Source: the human T2T-CHM13v2.0 reference genome, Homo sapiens
DNA: 64,000 bases
Reading direction: 5' to 3' (one strand)
NCBI RefSeq assembly: GCF_009914755.1
Contig: NC_060942.1
The translations under genes and the position numbers were made by a program. Under the pieces are notes generated by a model. The model did not search any database. It was not told the DNA's origin and saw only the letters and a program-made list of their open reading frames with translations. Shown here piece after piece: positions 26,621-40,929 of the stretch. Every line of letters begins with the position of its first letter. The stretch's first letter is position 1.

Positions 26621-26952
26621 TAAGGGGCACAGATAGCAGTCCCTCTTTACCTCCATTCTCTTCTACCAGGCTACAGGGGACCACAGTTTTCTAAAGGGTT
26701 CCTTATTTGTTTATTATAGCTGACTTATTAGATGTTTAAACAGATTTATTGTCATCTAACTCTTTTTATAAATGTATAGATTCAGTAGAATTTAGAACAT
26801 GCCGTTACCTTAGACAAAGCAGCTCCTTATATTTTAAGATTTTTTTTTTTTTACATTCTGTTTTGTTCACACTTCATGAACAAATCTGCCTTGCTATTCA
26901 TAAATGACCTAGACATAAATCTGAATTTTTAGTTTGGTCTTTAAAATTTTCC
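26621..26952 (+). repeat. Local inverted repeat, copy 1 (donor, unique sequence)
   Basis: Reverse complement aligns with 29161-29484. Confidence 0.93.
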
Positions 26953-27555
26953 AAAGACTTAAAGGTTGACTCTTTGTCAGCTATCTTTATGGACTTACTA
27001 TGAAATATGTTAAGTTGCATATTATTGGCTTATCATTTTTTCACAAGTCCCACATAGAGAGGCTGAAAACATATATTAACAAGAACAAAGAAGAAAGGAG
27101 AAAAATGGCAGTAAGGGTATTCAGTAGAATTTGAGAGTTGATTCAAACTAGTGACTAGAGGCATTCTTTCTGAGAAAAATAACTAGCCTAAGAGAGGAAA
27201 GAGGAAGCTTGAAATACTAATAGTCAGGTGCATTACTTTTAAATAACAACAGATTGGCAAGGATCGCCAGATATTTGAGGAAAAACCTTTATGTGAAAGA
27301 TAAAAGGGAGAATATGGAAGAAAAACAAGGCATGAAGCAGAAGGAAACTAAAAAAAAGGGAAAAGAAAGGAAATGGAATATTTTGCAACCGTTACACTAG
27401 ACTAGAAGGGTATTTGAAAGAAAAGCAGTTGGGGAAAATGAAATACCCCTTTGGAAATGTAAGGTATACTGAAAGAAATAAGCAATGATAAAAGAGTTAG
27501 AAGTTAAGACTCAGGACTGCTCCAAGAAAGTTACCTGTTTTTAAGACAAAGATGG

Positions 27556-27965
27556 TGTGCTGGACTTGTATTGTGTCAAACTAGCTAAGCTGGAACTGTT
27601 TCCCAGATTTCTTTTTTCTTTTGCATCCTTAGCAAGGGCCATGAAGCATTTTGACTTTGAAAGGTAAGTGTGAAACTGCAGCCATATTCTTTTGCTTAGA
27701 AGATCAGGGTGAGGACAACAGATGCTGTTGCAGCTCAAAGGCGTTGCTGGCATGGGCTGGCACAGGCATTGCCCAGCAGCTGGGCTCCTTAGCTCCTCTT
27801 CTCTTTTGGCTCCTCTGAACCGTGGGCCAGACCTAGCACCAGATGCAGAGTTACAGCTGAACATGAACTGTTTAACTAGGTTAACAATTACACATGGCCA
27901 AATCTCTGGTAATGCCATATTTTGTATCATTTCTAGTCTTCTCTGGTCAAATGCTAACTAATACA
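27556..27965 (+). mobile_element. LTR41/LTR52-like ERVL 5' LTR
   Basis: TGT...TGTCAAACTAGCTAAGCTGGAACT...TTTCCCAGA start and CTAACTAATACA end, followed by ERVL internal sequence. Confidence 0.7.
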
Positions 27966-29160
27966 GGGCTTTATACCATTGGTAGCTGCAGAGGAGTAGC
28001 ACCTTAAAAGATGGGTTCCTGAATTAGTTCTGGGTTTTCCAGAATTGGTTCTCTGGTCTAATCAGATCTAACAGCAATGATGATCCTGTCTCTAGTGGTA
28101 AAAGGGACACTGGTGGTCCGTGGCATACAGTGGCAAAACTTGTAGACAGTAGAAATTAAGTGCCCTTAGAAGGCAAGTTTTTGGGAGAACAAGTATTTAT
28201 TACCACAGAACATTTTAGTGACAATAATTATGAGATAGATTGGTTCCTTCAAAGTACACTGGAGAACTTAAGAAAAGGGCTGTAAATTCTGAACTCAGAG
28301 TCCACATAAGGGAGTGAAATCATCTGTGATTGCCCTAAAAGAAATCCTTATGTCTTGTAGCCAAAGGCAGAGATTTCTGGACACCACACCCAAAGTCTGT
28401 TTCCTGCAGGTGGCTGAATTACAGCGCAGATTGAACTTCCAATCTTGTAAGATCTCTTGGGTTAAAGTGTACAACATTTATTGGGAAAGAGTGGAAAATT
28501 AAAAATTGCATGAGAGATATTAGCAGATTCCAATGAAACTGGGTATCTTGAACTCCTCAGTTCTATTTCTATTGAACCACCCTTGCCAGTCCTTCTACCC
28601 CTGTCTGTCTGAAGGAGGTTAATCTCCTGTAGCACCTGTATTGACTTCCCTTAAGGAAGTTGCCTTACATGGGACTACTGATCTTCCTCAGGACCTATCC
28701 TCACCACCTCTCATTGCTTCTATACCTATAATCAGCCTCAGGTTCCAGCAGCCCCCAGAGAATGAGGTACGAAGCACCTGATTTTGCCTGCAGTTACCTG
28801 AGGGGATGGTGTGGGAATGGATCCTAAGGGTGTAGGTTCAGGGTAGAAGGAATATAAAGTTGGATCAGGCTGAAGTTATTGATATGGACTCACCAATAGA
28901 GATACTAGACAGAAGACATTAGATCAGAGAGAAGGCTAGGAGTGGCTTTAACAGTTAATTCAGTTGGTTGACTTAAAGCTAGATCAGAAGGTGGCCTGAA
29001 AGTGAAATTGAGATAGATGATAGAACTTTATTTGTATATTGTAAATATTTGTATCCAAAGGCTTGGGGAAATTGGGATGCTAGAGTGGATTTATCATGTA
29101 GGTCCTGATCACACATGTGGGTCCAGAGGATATTCATTTTATCAAAGCTGTGAGAAATAA

Positions 29161-29484
29161 GGAATTCTCAAAAAAGACCCAACTAAGATTCAGATTTATG
29201 TTTAGGTCATTTATGAATAAGTGAGGCAGATTTGTTCATGAAGCGTGAACAAAACAGAATGTTAAAAAAAAAATCTTAAAATATAAGAAGCTACTTCATT
29301 TAAAGTAACAGCATGCTCTAAATTCTACTGAATCGACACATATTTATAAAAAGTGTTAGATGACAATAAGTCTGTTTAAACATTTAATAACTCAGCTATA
29401 ATAAGTAAATAAAGAACACTTCAGAAAACTGTGGTCCCCTGTAGCCCGGTAGAAGAGAATGGAGGTAAAGACCTGTGCCCCTAA
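29161..29484 (-). repeat. Local inverted repeat, copy 2, inserted in ERVL gag
   Basis: ERVL GCTGTGAGAAATAA|ATTCATGAGGGGAGCC is split by the insert. Confidence 0.93.
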
Positions 29485-30816
29485 TTCTTACCATTTCCTT
29501 ATTTCTCTATTCATGAGGGGAGCCTCACCACCCTTCAGGAGCTCTGTTGGCTATTTACTTTAAATTAGTAATGACAGGGGAACTGCTGACATCAAACTAG
29601 GTCCTGGAATTCATTGGGAATGATAGGATTCCAGGTGGCAGAGGTAGGAGTGTCATTTAATTGCTAAAGACAAGGTGAATGTGATTACCGTAATGGTCAG
29701 CAAAGTCAGTGCAGTAATCAGAATAGTCTGAGCTGCAGAGATCTTTGATATTGGCTAGGTGATCATGGTATCCCTAGAACGGAAATAGATGGGCAATCTA
29801 GTCTTCCTTGATTTGTATAAACATATAAGCTCTAGGTCTGGTGAACAGATGGGTGACTTTGATGATCTCAGTAAATGATTATACTCCCGCAACTAGTCCC
29901 CAAATTTAAGCCAGTTTACAGACCCCAAGACCTTTGAATGAAGGAAAAGCCAGGTCCTCTTGAGGAAAGACCCTGCCTCACAGTGAGAAATTCTACTGTG
30001 AATTTCTTTCTAGCCTTTCCTCAAAGGGCCTGCAGCCATTTGCCAGAGTGATTGTGCACTGGGGAAGGGGAAATAATTAGACACTTTAGGGATTGGTAGA
30101 CACTGGGGCTCAATGTATAGGAAATATAGGAGACCCAAAACACCGTTGTTTTCCATTAGTTAATGGAGTTTTGGCATAGATCTGCCTCACAACGGATCCT
30201 GAACCCACAACATGGTTATTTCCCCATTCCTGGAATGGAAAATTGGAATGAATAAACTCAGCGACTAACAGTTCCCACATTGGTTTCCTGACCCATGGAA
30301 GTGAGAGAAAGTAAAATGGAAGCTACTAGAATGGTGTCTACCTACCAAAATAGTAAACTTTCCTGGAGGAATTGCAGAGCCACCATAAAGGATTTGAAAA
30401 ATGCAAGAGTGGTGATTCTTATTACATTCCCATTCACCTTGCCTATTTGGCTTTGGAGAGTGACAGTGGATTACCATAAACTTAATCCAGGTGATTTCAA
30501 TTGCAGGTATTTTTTCCAGATGTGCTTTTGTTGCTGGAGCAAATCTATACAATCCCTGACTTTTGGTATGCAGATATTGATCTGGCATACACTTCTTTTC
30601 TGTATACCTATTAGTAAAGACCATCAGAATCAGTTTACTTTTGACTGGCAAGGTTTGCATTACACTCTTACTAACCTACATCAGGGCTATATTAAGTCTT
30701 ATGACGTATCAAGTCTTATGCAAAGGACCTGGATAGCCCCTTCCTTCCACATATTTTGCCTATCCGTTATGTTAATACCATGCTGATTGACCTGGTGATC
30801 AAAAAATAATAACACC

Positions 30817-31105
30817 GGCTGGGCGCGGTGGCTCATGCCTGTAATCCCAGCACTTTAGGAGGCTGAGGCGGGTGGATCACGAGGTCAGGAGATCGAGACC
30901 ATCCTGGCTAACCCAGTGAAACCCCGTCTCTACTAAAAATACAAAAAAATAGCCGGGCATAGTGGCGGGTGCCTGTAGTCCCAGCTACTCGGAAGGCTGA
31001 GGCAGGAGAATGGCGTGAACTTGGGAGGCGGAGCTTGCAGTGAGCCGAGATCGCACTCCAGCCTGGGCAAAAGAGCTAGACTCTGTCTCAAAAAAAAAAA
31101 AAAAA
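30817..31105 (+). mobile_element. AluY in ERVL pol
   Basis: AluY diagnostics; duplication AA(A/G)TAA(T/C)AACACC. Confidence 0.93.
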
Positions 31106-33042
31106 GTAACAACACCTCTTGACAGTTTAGTAAGGTGCTTGCATACCAGAAGGTGAGCAATGAGTCCCACAGAAATGTAGGGGCCTACTATCTTGGTGAA
31201 CTTTCTAGGGCTTCAGTAGTTGGGAGCTTGTTGAGAAACCCTTTCCAAGGTAAGACAACTTGTGTCAGCCCCTCTCCCTTCACAGAGAGAGACACGTTTG
31301 GATTTTAAAGGCAACATGCACCTCATTTAATTTGAAATGGGGATTGACCCCTTTCTATGAGCCTTGCTCCACCTTATTACCCTAGTCAGGAGGTCCAAAG
31401 CTTGCCCTCTTCTCTTAGTTTTAGTGTGTGGAATCTATCTCCCACTTTCTCTTAGTGTTTTATCTCCAGTGGGCTTTTCACTGTCAGCTCTTCCCAGGTC
31501 CCTTTCCTGTTATTGTCACTCATACCTTTTGATTCCTTAGACTGGTGATTTCTTTTAGTTCCTGCCTTCCTCTTTAATTTTAATTTTTAAATTTAAAATG
31601 TTTATATTAATCAAAATCAATATATGTATATTGTAGAAAATATAAAAAGAAATTAAAGGTTATCTAAAAAAAAGTTTTGCCAATTGCTTTCCTCTTAAAG
31701 TGAACTAGTTTACATTCCTACCAGTGTTGTATGAAAGTGTTTATTAGCATCTCATCAATACTGGATATTATTATTTTAAAAAATTATCCATGATGGCATT
31801 TGTCATCTCTCAGTCTTTTTAATTGAATTGGTAATCTTCTTTCCATCCTTTTTTTAGGAGTTGTAATATACTTGTTGAGATGGCATTTGTATTCATTCAT
31901 TCATTTATTCATTCCTCCCTCCCTCCCTCTGTTCACCCAGTGTTACTGAGTACAATGGCTAGGTCTCAGCTTGCTTGGAATTTAGTAGTCCAAAAAGTTA
32001 GCTTTCTTTATCATAGCAGTGCTGGATTTATGCCACTATAGCCTTTTCTGCCTTAACACAAAGCATGATTAGGGATGTACGAGGGGAGCCCATGATGTAC
32101 CTTGTTAGCATGGTGGCCATGATAGCCAGCCATAGATACTTGTTAAACTGAAAATTATCAGTTTATTATTAGCAAAATATTGAGCTCACAGAATTTAAGA
32201 TTCCCATGTCTTTTCCTCAAGTATTTCTAGTGTTACATTCCACTGTCCCATTAAGTATTTCAGTTACTGTTCTTCCCAGGGCAAATTGTGTGTTAATGGT
32301 GTTTTATATGTAATATTTGAGGCTTTACATGGTATTTTTTTCTTCATATCACTTTAATTATAGTTAGCCTAATCATGAGCTTATGCTAAGAAATTTTTTT
32401 TAAAAGGCTGTCCAGCTTTAAGATAATTTCTATGAGCTTTCAGGCTCCCAGGAAACAGTTTTTGAAACACTCCGTCTGCCTGCTTCTTCTATAATTTAGA
32501 GTACTATTACTCTCCTTAAGTTGTAGTATTCTCACAGGACCAGTTATATTGTTATTATTCCATAATGTTGTACCTGTCTCTTTCTGCCTTTATGCAGCTG
32601 TTTGGTTTACACTTCAGTGACTATGAGAAGCATGAATTGCCTGTTATATAGGATTGCCTATAATAAGTATCAGTCAGGTCTTAGAGGGTTTTCCAAAGTG
32701 ATCAATGAGTGTTGATTAACAACAAACCAACGTTTATGGGAAAAGTGGTTGGTAACTGTATTACCTTTTCATAGTTTAAATGATGGTTAATTTCTCTGTG
32801 AAATTTGTCCCAGTTAGATGTTCAGATTTTCAATTAATGTTATCCACAATACCGAGTTTACATGAAAAACAATGAATCTGCTTAGGTATACCTTATAATG
32901 ATATTTAGTGTACCCTATTTAGCTTCTGTTTATGTATGCATTTTTCTCAAGAATTCCATGGAATATTGAAGGAAAAGTAAACATAAGTTGATTTTGAAGT
33001 GTTTATTTGAACTTGTTTTGGCTTATCAGGTGTGTGCCAACT

Positions 33043-35480
33043 TTTTTCATCGAGATATAATTCATGTACAATAAATTCACTTTTGTAAAGTGTCCAGTCC
33101 AGCTCTTTTTGGTATATTCAGAAGACTGTGTAATCATCCCCACTATTTAATCCCAGAACATTTTCATTACCCTACAAAGAAATAGCTTGTTTATTTGGCC
33201 ATTAGCAGTCATCCTCTCAGTTCCTGACAACCGGTAATCTATTTTTCAGTCTGTAAGGATTCACCTATTCTAGGCATTCATACAAACGGAATCGTACAAC
33301 ATGTGGCCTTTTGTGTCTGGCTTCTTTCACTGAGCATAATGTTTTCATGGTCTGCCTCTATTGTAGCATGTATCAGTACTTCATTCTTGTTTTTGATTGA
33401 ATAATATTCCATTGTATGAATATGCATTTTGTTCATTCATCAGCTGAAGGACATTTGGTTGTTTATACTTTTTGCTATTATAAGTAATGCTGCTATGTAC
33501 ATTCATATATAACTTCTTAGGTGGTCATGTATTTTCATTTCTCTTGGGTATATCCCTAATGTCTGGGTCATATGGTGACTATGTTTGGTGTTTTTGGGAA
33601 CTGCCAAACTGCTTTCCATAGCAACTGCATGATTTGACTTTTCCATCCACAATGCACAAGGGTTCCACTTTCTCCACATCCTTGCCAACACTTGTTATTG
33701 CCTTTTAAAAATTTTATTACTGCCATTGTAATGTGTGTAGAAGTAGTATCTCATTGTGGTTTTACTTTGCATTTTCCTGAAGACTAATGATGTTGAGCAT
33801 CTTTTCATGTGCTTGTAGACCATTTGTACATTGACTTTCTAGAAATAAGTTCAATTTATCAATTTTTTCTTTGGTTACTTGTATTTAGTTGTCATATCCA
33901 AAAAAACCATTACTTAATCCAGTGTCACAATAATTTATGTTTTCTTCTAGGAGTTTTATAGTTTTAGCTCTTACATTTACATCTTTGATCCATTTTGAGT
34001 TAATTTTTGTATATGGCGTCAGGTAGGGGCCCAAATTCATTCTTTTGCGTGTGGCTATCCAGTTGTCCAGGCATCATTTTTTGAAAACATTATTCTTTCC
34101 CCATTGTATGATCTCAACAGCCTTGTCAAAACTCAGTTGATAGTAGATATATAGAATTATTTCTAGGATCTCGATTCTATTTCATCAATCTATGTATCTG
34201 TCCTTACACCAGTACCACACTGTCTTGAGTACTATAACTTTGTAGTAAGTTTTGAAATTGGGAAGTGTGAGTCTATTTGTTTTCAAGATCATTTTAACTA
34301 TTATGGGTCCTTTATATTTTCATGCGTATTTTAGGATCAGCTTGTTAATTTCAACCAAAAAAAAAAAAAAGGTAGACAGTATTTTGATAGGAATTGCATT
34401 GAATATATATAGACAAATTTGGGTAGTATTGCCAACTCAGCAATATTAAATAGTCTTTTCATTGATATTCCTCAGTTTCTTTCAACAATGTTTATAGTTT
34501 TCAGTGAACAAGTCTTGTACCACTAGTTAAATTTTTTCCTAAATATTTTACTATTTTTGATGCTGTTGTACATAGCATTGGTTTCTTAATTTTATTTTTG
34601 GGTTGTGCATTGTCAGTGTATAGAACTACTATGTAGTTTTGTACATTGATTTTTTTTTTTTTATCCTGCAGCCTTGCTGAACTTGTTTATTAGTTCTAAT
34701 AATTTTTTGTGAGTTTCTTGGGATTTTCTATATACAAGATCATGTCATCTGCAAATAGTGGTAGTTGTATTTCTTTCACTTCTGGATGCCTTGTTATTTC
34801 ATTTTCTTGCCTAATTGTCCTGGCTAGAACCTCCAGTACTAGTTGAGTAGAAATGGTGGAGCAGACATCCTTTTTTATTTCAGAATTTAGGGGAAAAGAG
34901 TTCAGTCTTTCACCAGTAAGTGTGATGTTAGCAGTGGGTTTCTCATAGATGCTTTTTTTTAAGGTTGAGGAGGTTTCCCTTCTATATTTATGGTTTGTTT
35001 AGTCTTTTTATCATGAAAGAATGTTAGGTTTTTTCAAATGCTTTTTCTGCCTCTTTTGAGATGATCGTGCTTTTTTTTCCCCTTTATCTAAAGAAGGTGT
35101 ATTACATTGATTGATTTTTATGTATTGAACCCACTTTGTATTCCTGGGATAAATCTCACTTGGTTATTGGTGTATAGCACTTTTTATATACTGTTAGTTT
35201 CTGCTTGCTAGTATTTCATTGAAGAGTTTTGCATCCATGTTCATAAGGAATAATGGTCTGCAGTGGTTTTTTCATGATGTCTTTAGCTTGTTTAGGTATC
35301 AGAGTAATACCATTCTTGGAGAATGGATTAGAAAGTGTTCCCTCCTCTCCTATTTTTTAGAAGAGCTTGTGAAGTATTGGTGTTAATTCTTCTTTAAATG
35401 TTTGATAGATTTCAATAGTGAAGCCATCTGGCCCTGTGCTCTTTGGGAAAACTTTATTGATTACGATTCAATCTCTTCCT
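33043..35480 (-). mobile_element. L1MB-type LINE-1 (3' UTR and ORF2)
   Basis: GAGATATAATTCA...CCAGAACATTTTCATTACCC 3' end; GATCATGTCATCTGCAAATAG (FADD, antisense). Confidence 0.9.
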
Positions 35481-36186
35481 CTAGGATCATGTGCCAGTTT
35501 AATTCATCTTTTGCTTCTTAGCACTAGGCATATATGTGGTCTTGTATCCTTTTTTATTCTTTGTTCCTCAGTGTTCCTTCTTAACTCTGCATATATGAGT
35601 AGATGCTAGAAGCCTAGCAAACCTTGTCATTACATGGTTATGTTGTGTTTTGATTGCAACAAGTTTAAATATTAAAACCGTAAAGTAGATTAATTAGTAT
35701 CTGCTTGCTTTAACTTGAATGTGTTATCAAGGAGATTTAGTTGTTTGCTACTACTCTTCTGGCACAAAGAACACCATGGGAATACCCAGGCGTTTTGTTG
35801 TTGTTTTATTGTTTTAACCCAGTATTATACGTAAATGGGCCATTCACCAGGTCTGTTCATGACAGTTCATCTTCTGGATTTATTACTCCTCTCAGTAGTT
35901 TGCTAATGTTATTGTGTGTTACAGTTTGTTGCTGTTGACATGCTTTCAGTGGTTGTATTTGGCTTCCGTCATTAGGGATTTCAACAAAATCAGTTATTCT
36001 TCATCGTCCTACACTAGTATTACATGTAGCAAATAAAAGTATGTACATTTGTCCTTGGAAGTTAAGTAAGTAAAGGTAATTGTTAGTTAAATTATTAGCT
36101 TTGGAAATAAAATGGCAAGCTAGATTAAGTCTAGTAATTAGATGTTTTTTAAAATGCTGCTTATATGTGTTTTTGACCATTAGCTT

Positions 36187-36403
36187 ATAGACCGTTTTCA
36201 ACTGTACTCCTATGGGGCGTTTGGAAATGTGTGAAGGGGTGGTGTTTTGACACAGTGATTCAGTGAAGGGTGGGGTGGGTTGTGTGCTGTTGGCATTTTG
36301 TGGCTTGGGGCCAGCAGTACTAAACATTGCACATCGTGAGGGGGCAAATTCACTTAATTTAGCTTACCCAAAATTCTAATAATATCCCCATTGAGAAACA
36401 CTG
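36187..36403. mobile_element. MER20-like hAT fossil
   Basis: GGGGCGTTTGGAAATGTGTG...TGGCAT...TTGAGAAACACTG. Confidence 0.65.
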
Positions 36404-39079
36404 ATACATAAATTTCTCAAGCATTTCAGTAATATTTATAAAATTGAGTTACCATACTCTAGGATCTTATAGTATCTTTCAGGTAACTTTTAAAATTTAC
36501 AAACATCTTTTCACGTAAGTGTTGGAGTAAAAATTTCTGTAGCTATCATAATGTTTGTGGATGTAGAATTCCAGCTTGACAAACTTCTCATACTTCTATA
36601 CCAAAGTACACCAGATCATAGGAAAGAGTAACCATGTTCCTTTGGGGAAGTCTTCAGGAAGGGTTGACTTTGAAATCTCAATTTTAAGTTAAAAATTGAA
36701 ATTAACTTTGCATTTGCTTTTCAGATTGAGGTATAATTTATATACAATAGAATGTATTGGTTTTAATTGTAACCACTATCCCAGATAAGATATAAAACAT
36801 TTCTGTGATCCCCAGAAAGTTCTATTATGCCTTTTACCACCTGCAACCCCCTCTGCAATTACTGATCTAATTTCTGTTACCATAGCTTAATCTTTCCTGT
36901 TTCAGAACTTTGTAGAATTGGGAACCATATGATAATGTAGTCTTGTTTCTGAATTATTTCACTCATAATGTTTTTGAGATTTATTCACATTATGCATATC
37001 AGTAGTACATTCTTTTTAGTGCTGAGTTGTCTTCTGTTGTGTAAATACTCCATAATTTGTTTATTCAGTGTTACTGGACTGTTTTCAATATTTGGCTAGT
37101 ATGGATAAAGGTGCTTTATCCATATAAAGCTACATTCTTGTAAAAGTCATTTTGTGGCCTATGTTTTCATTCCTCTTTGCTAAATACTTAGGAGTACTAC
37201 TGTTGGATCATAGGTGTATATTTAATCTTAAGAGACTCTAAACTGTTTTTCAGATGGTTGTACCATTTCATACTCCCTTTAGCAATGTACTTTTATTTTC
37301 ATAGTGGTGACTTTTGGAGGAGCAGAAGGTTTTAATTTTGACGAAGTCCAATTTATCATTGTCTTCTTTTATAATTAGTACTTGCTGTATCCTAAAAAAA
37401 CCTTTGTGTACCCCATGTTGTGAAGATTTACCCTGTGTTTTCCTAGAAGCTTTATAGTTTTAACTTTTATGTTATAGGTCTTTGATCTATCTTGATTTAG
37501 TATTTGTGTCTGCTGTGAAGTGGGGGTTGAAAGTTTATTTTTTCACATACAGGTATCCTGTTACTCTACCCCATTTATTAGAGAAGGCTTTCCCCATTGC
37601 ATCACCTTATAGCTTATGTTGAAAACCAATTAACTATATATGTGGACATATCTATACACATACTCTATTCTGTTTGTTTATTTTTCTCTATTTATGCCAT
37701 ACTACAATCTCTCTTGATTACTGTAACAGTTTAGAAATCAGATAGTGTGAGTATTCCAGCTTTGTCCTTTTTTAAAACAAGGTTATTTTTGGCTATTCTG
37801 TGTCCTTTGTATCTTCATATGAATTTTTAGAATCATCTTGTCATTCTTACAAAAATGTCTAGGTATTCTTTATTAGGATGGCATTGAATCTATAGATCAA
37901 TTTGCAGAGAATTTACATCTTAGCAATACTGAGGCTTCTAATATTGTTCCATTTACTTCTGTCATCTTTATCTCAATGTTTTAGTTTTCCATGTACAAGT
38001 CTTTGACATCTTTTATCCATTTATACATAGGTATATTTTTTTGATGCTATTGAAAGTAGTATTTTAAAATTATATACTTTCCAATTGTTTGTTGCTAACA
38101 TATCAAAGTAAAGTTGATTTTGACATAGATCTTGTATCCTCCATTCTGCTAAATTCACTTAATTGTTCTAGAGGTTTTTTGGAATAAATGTCTTAGGATT
38201 TGCTAAGCAAATCATGCTGGCCACAAATAAAAATAAGAGTACTTCTTCCTTTCCAATCTTTATGCTTTTTATTTTCTTTTCTTGCCTTAGAGCACTGGCT
38301 AACTTCCCCATTACTATGTTTAATAGAAGTGGTGAGAGCAGACATCCATGCCTTATTCCTGATCTTAGAGGGAAATTGCCTGTAATTAACCTTACACATT
38401 TCTTTTCTACATTTAAAGCTATACAATTCCATTTGTTTTCTACTTTAGCCTCAACCCTACAAATTTAGATATGTTGTGTTTTTATTATCAACTTTGAAGA
38501 TATTTCCTAACTTCCATCCTGGTATCTTTTTTGACCTACAGATTATTTAGAAGTATGTTGTTTAATTTCCAAATGTTTGGTGTTTTCATTGTGGTCAGAG
38601 AACATAGCCTGATTTTAGTCCTTTAAGTTTACTATGACTTGGGCTTGCATGGTTTATCTTGATGAATACTGAATGTCTTTCTCGTGAATTGCCTCCTTCT
38701 GTCCTTGCGAATTGATCTTCCTTTCTAGTAATATTCCTTGTCTTGAAGTCTGCTTTGTTTTTTTAAAAGTTTTATTTTAGTGCTTTGCCTGATACTATTA
38801 TAGCCATGTCAGCTTTCTCACCCTTAGTATTTACATAGTTCATCTTTTTTCCTTTGGTTTACTTCCACCTTATCTGTGTCTTTGTTTAAAGCAGGTCTCT
38901 TATAAATAACATATAATTGAGTTTTGATTTTTTTTTTTTACCAGAATGAGAATTCACTTGGAGTGTTTGGTTCAATAGTTAATGTAAATACTGCTATGAC
39001 TGGATTTAAGTCCATCATCTTGCTGTTCATTTTTAATTTTCCCAGTTTTTTTCTCCTTTTCTGCCATCTTTTGAGTTAA

Positions 39080-39457
<378 letters not shown>

Positions 39458-39510
39458 TAATGGTTGCTGTGACTCTGTTCAGAGGTGCAATGTGCATCCT
39501 TAACTGACTA

Positions 39511-39966
<456 letters not shown>

Positions 39967-40929
39967 CTAACCTCCCTGATATGTTATTATTAATGGTCAT
40001 ATATCTTTTAAAGAATTTATGAAAATAAAAATGGTTTTTTTATGTTTCCAATTTCTAATGGTTTCTCTTTTTTTCTATAAATTCATATTTCATTCTAGAG
40101 TTATTTTTCTATCAGCCTGTATGCAACTCACCAACTCTAGAATTACTAGAGTTTTAAACAAAGCTACTGTTAATACATTTAAAGATATTGATAAATTCAC
40201 CTTTAGTTTTGAGGCACAGCAACCCTTATTATATTATAGCTCTTACTTATATTCACAGTTCTCCAAGGAAAAATCAAAGCTAATTCTTAAAGAAAAATGT
40301 TTAGCAGTCCTTTGAATAAATTTTAAGAAAATAATAGGTAAAACCGATCTCTGGACATAGTTTATGTGAGTTTTCAGAGGTCTTTGCAAGTGTCTTAGTA
40401 AAAGTTTAAAGAAAATAACCATAGTGTAAGTAGGAAAGTCTTGACATGAGGTTGTCAGCTTGGCCATAGGAAATAATCAATTTACTGCCTTTCAGAATTC
40501 ACTGTTTATTTGGCTTTTTGCTGTTCTTGTGTGTCGAATTCCTTGGTGGGCTGAAGCACTTTCTTAATGTTTGGAGAAAATGGCAGAAAATAGTCTTTTG
40601 AACAAATTCCATCTAGTAGCAGTTTGGTGGGGATGAGTAGGTGAGGTAAGATGTTAGAGGGCTGGGTAATAGTTGTGAATAAACCATCAAAGGACTTTAC
40701 ATACCCCACCTTTCACCCCAGATTGGTTTGGCTTAAAGCTGACAATGACAGCAGGATCTTGAATTAGAAGGTCCAAAGCTCATAGGGTGGTTTATTTTCA
40801 CTGTTTATTCATATAAGTGATGTTATTGGGTGACTCCAAACACATGGTTCTCCTACAGATGATATCACCTAAATGCCAAACACTGTAAAGTATTCACAGG
40901 TACAAAATCTTTTTATTCTAGTAAGTGAT

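Larger units (their letters stand above)
27966..31330 (+). mobile_element. ERVL internal remnant (gag, protease, RT), 3'-truncated
   Basis: ORF 30295-30786 has RT motifs WRVTVDYHKLN and IPISKDHQNQFTFDWQG...LHQGY. ERVL leader GGGTTTTCCAGAATTGG. Confidence 0.88.

Noticed and set aside
30295-30786. 163-aa RT-like ORF as a domesticated gene
   Set aside because: Frameshift-scrambled ERVL pol, no intact catalytic motif, interrupted by AluY.
35600-36110. UTR-like unique block with AATAAA (36032) as an intronic terminal exon
   Set aside because: No convincing acceptor or reading frame; AATAAA is frequent in AT-rich DNA.
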